Below, in pieces: positions 63,697-64,000 of a stretch of DNA of 64,000 nucleotides (position 1 is its first letter; each line of letters begins with the position of its first letter). Where the stretch lies: NCBI GenBank assembly GCA_965178125.1, contig OZ237741.1:496001-560000 (forward strand). The letters run 5' to 3'. The notes beneath the pieces are model-generated. The model had not been told where the DNA came from and ran no database searches. It worked only from the letters and a program-made list of their open reading frames with translations. A program made the translations under genes and the position numbers. The DNA is from Bilabrum cf. latius. Taxonomy: Eukaryota.

Positions 63697-64000
63697 ATGG
63701 AAGTTTTAAAATGGGAAAATGGAACCTTGAAAGCTACAAAACCAAAAGAATATTATTTTAGAAAAGATAATTATATTGTGAAATTTGAAGGTAAAACATA
63801 TTACGTAGCTAAAGATACAGATTTTCTTCTTCACGCATTGTAGTTTTTGAAACCTGAATTATTAGTAACAACATTTATTACGAATATGTTAAACCTATTT
63901 GATAATATGATAATTGAATCACCAATAAATTCATGGGATGTTTCAAATGTTAAAGATATGACCGATATGTTTTATGGGTGTCATTCGTTTAATCAACCTT
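63697..64000 (+). CDS. Second DUF285/BspA-like paralog (partial)
   Basis: MEVLKWENGTLKATKPKEYY matches the paralog N-terminus; TAG at 63841; INSWDVSNVKDMTDMF. Confidence 0.85.

Larger units (their letters stand above)
62091..64000. mobile_element. Left end of an AT-rich integrated element, probably an endogenous virophage/Polinton-like DNA virus
   Basis: Abrupt switch from GC-rich to strongly AT-rich sequence exactly where homology to the 51536 paralog stops. Begins CCCCCCCGCTACGG; ~500 bp non-coding terminus; intronless tandem genes with a shared upstream motif. No capsid, integrase or polB gene lies within the window. Confidence 0.7.

Noticed and set aside
62091-64000. Mollicute or other bacterial contaminant (DUF285 is common there)
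   Set aside because: Clean junction inside a host gene and host-type TAG usage; mollicute recoding is TGA=Trp, not TAG.

Overview
GC-rich, gene-dense nuclear DNA from a microbial eukaryote, with short GT-AG introns. It resembles a heterotrophic flagellate genome, but taxonomy cannot be fixed from this window. The standard-code ORF track is badly fragmented because the organism uses a variant genetic code: TAG is a sense codon (best fit Gln) while TAA and TGA remain stops. Reading TAG as sense joins the fragments into about 20 genes: S41 peptidase, PEPCK, RNF170-like, degenerate DEAD-box, GT4, an MDR-CDPK fusion, GH28, TTC5-like, DUF4050, EMC10, mitochondrial L33, GH43 and others. Three 6.5-11 kb accessory blocks are each bracketed by 310-720 bp direct repeats that duplicate the 3' end of the neighbouring host gene. 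They carry conflict/recognition-type cargo: a Crinkler-like NTPase-REase, a giant AAA+/SPRY-repeat protein paired head-to-head with a glycine-zipper protein, an FG-GAP receptor with variable loops, and transposon relics. At 62091 an AT-rich element, probably an endogenous virophage or Polinton-like virus, is inserted into a GH43 gene, and its DUF285-repeat genes also use in-frame TAG. All family assignments come from motif recognition by eye, not database searches.
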